IMG/VR virus record: IMGVR_UViG_3300027855_000001
Span: 1-51,863 of that record
From: a virus
Taxonomy: Duplodnaviria; Caudoviricetes
DNA length: 51,863 bases
Direction: 5' to 3' (one strand)
Shown: positions 51,765-51,863 of the stretch, in pieces
Layout: every line of letters begins with the position of its first letter
Numbering within the stretch: the stretch's first letter is position 1
Made by a program: the position numbers and the translations under genes
The notes under the pieces: generated by a model
Database searches by the model: none
What the model was told of the DNA's origin: nothing
The model's input: only the letters and a program-made list of their open reading frames with translations

Positions 51765-51863
51765 GGGGGTGGGGGTGGCGGCAAAGTCACAGTGTGGCGG
51801 AAAGGACACGTTGCCGTTCAGCCACAGTGGCATGGATGCAACACCTGTTGCCCAAAAGCCACC
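51765..51863. repeat. Second copy of the 99-bp terminal repeat
   Basis: Identical to 1-99. Confidence 0.9.

Overview
This window looks like a complete, circularly assembled ~51.76 kb genome of a tailed dsDNA podophage; bases 1-99 are repeated exactly at 51765-51863. The host is probably an alphaproteobacterium (Hyphomicrobiales/Bradyrhizobium-like), inferred from an 'AADMAVKA' outer-membrane-protein gene. The + strand (0.2-20.2 kb) carries many small early genes and a replication module: UvrD-like helicase, Cas4-like PD-(D/E)XK nuclease, Sak4-like ATPase, SSB-like protein, a UDG/3'-5' exonuclease protein, a separate family A DNA polymerase and a DUF3987-like ATPase. The - strand (51.6-20.2 kb) carries terminase, portal, scaffold, capsid, tail tube/nozzle, ejection and lysis genes. 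I see no integrase, RNA polymerase, primase, tRNA or CRISPR array. The most striking feature lies directly behind the capsid genes: a translationally coupled block in which an O-antigen ligase/oligosaccharyltransferase-like (Wzy_C) membrane enzyme sits among five Sec signal-peptide-bearing, Ser/Thr- and Cys-rich proteins, including the tailspike. This suggests export and periplasmic glycosylation of phage, possibly virion, proteins. Other oddities: a 32-nt poly(dT) inside nested inverted repeats at a GC-skew switch, a polymerase split inside its proofreading domain, a shared V-[KR]-R-R-x-I-[PS] C-terminal tag and an array of five palindromes between divergent promoters. All family assignments come from reading motifs by eye; no searches were run.
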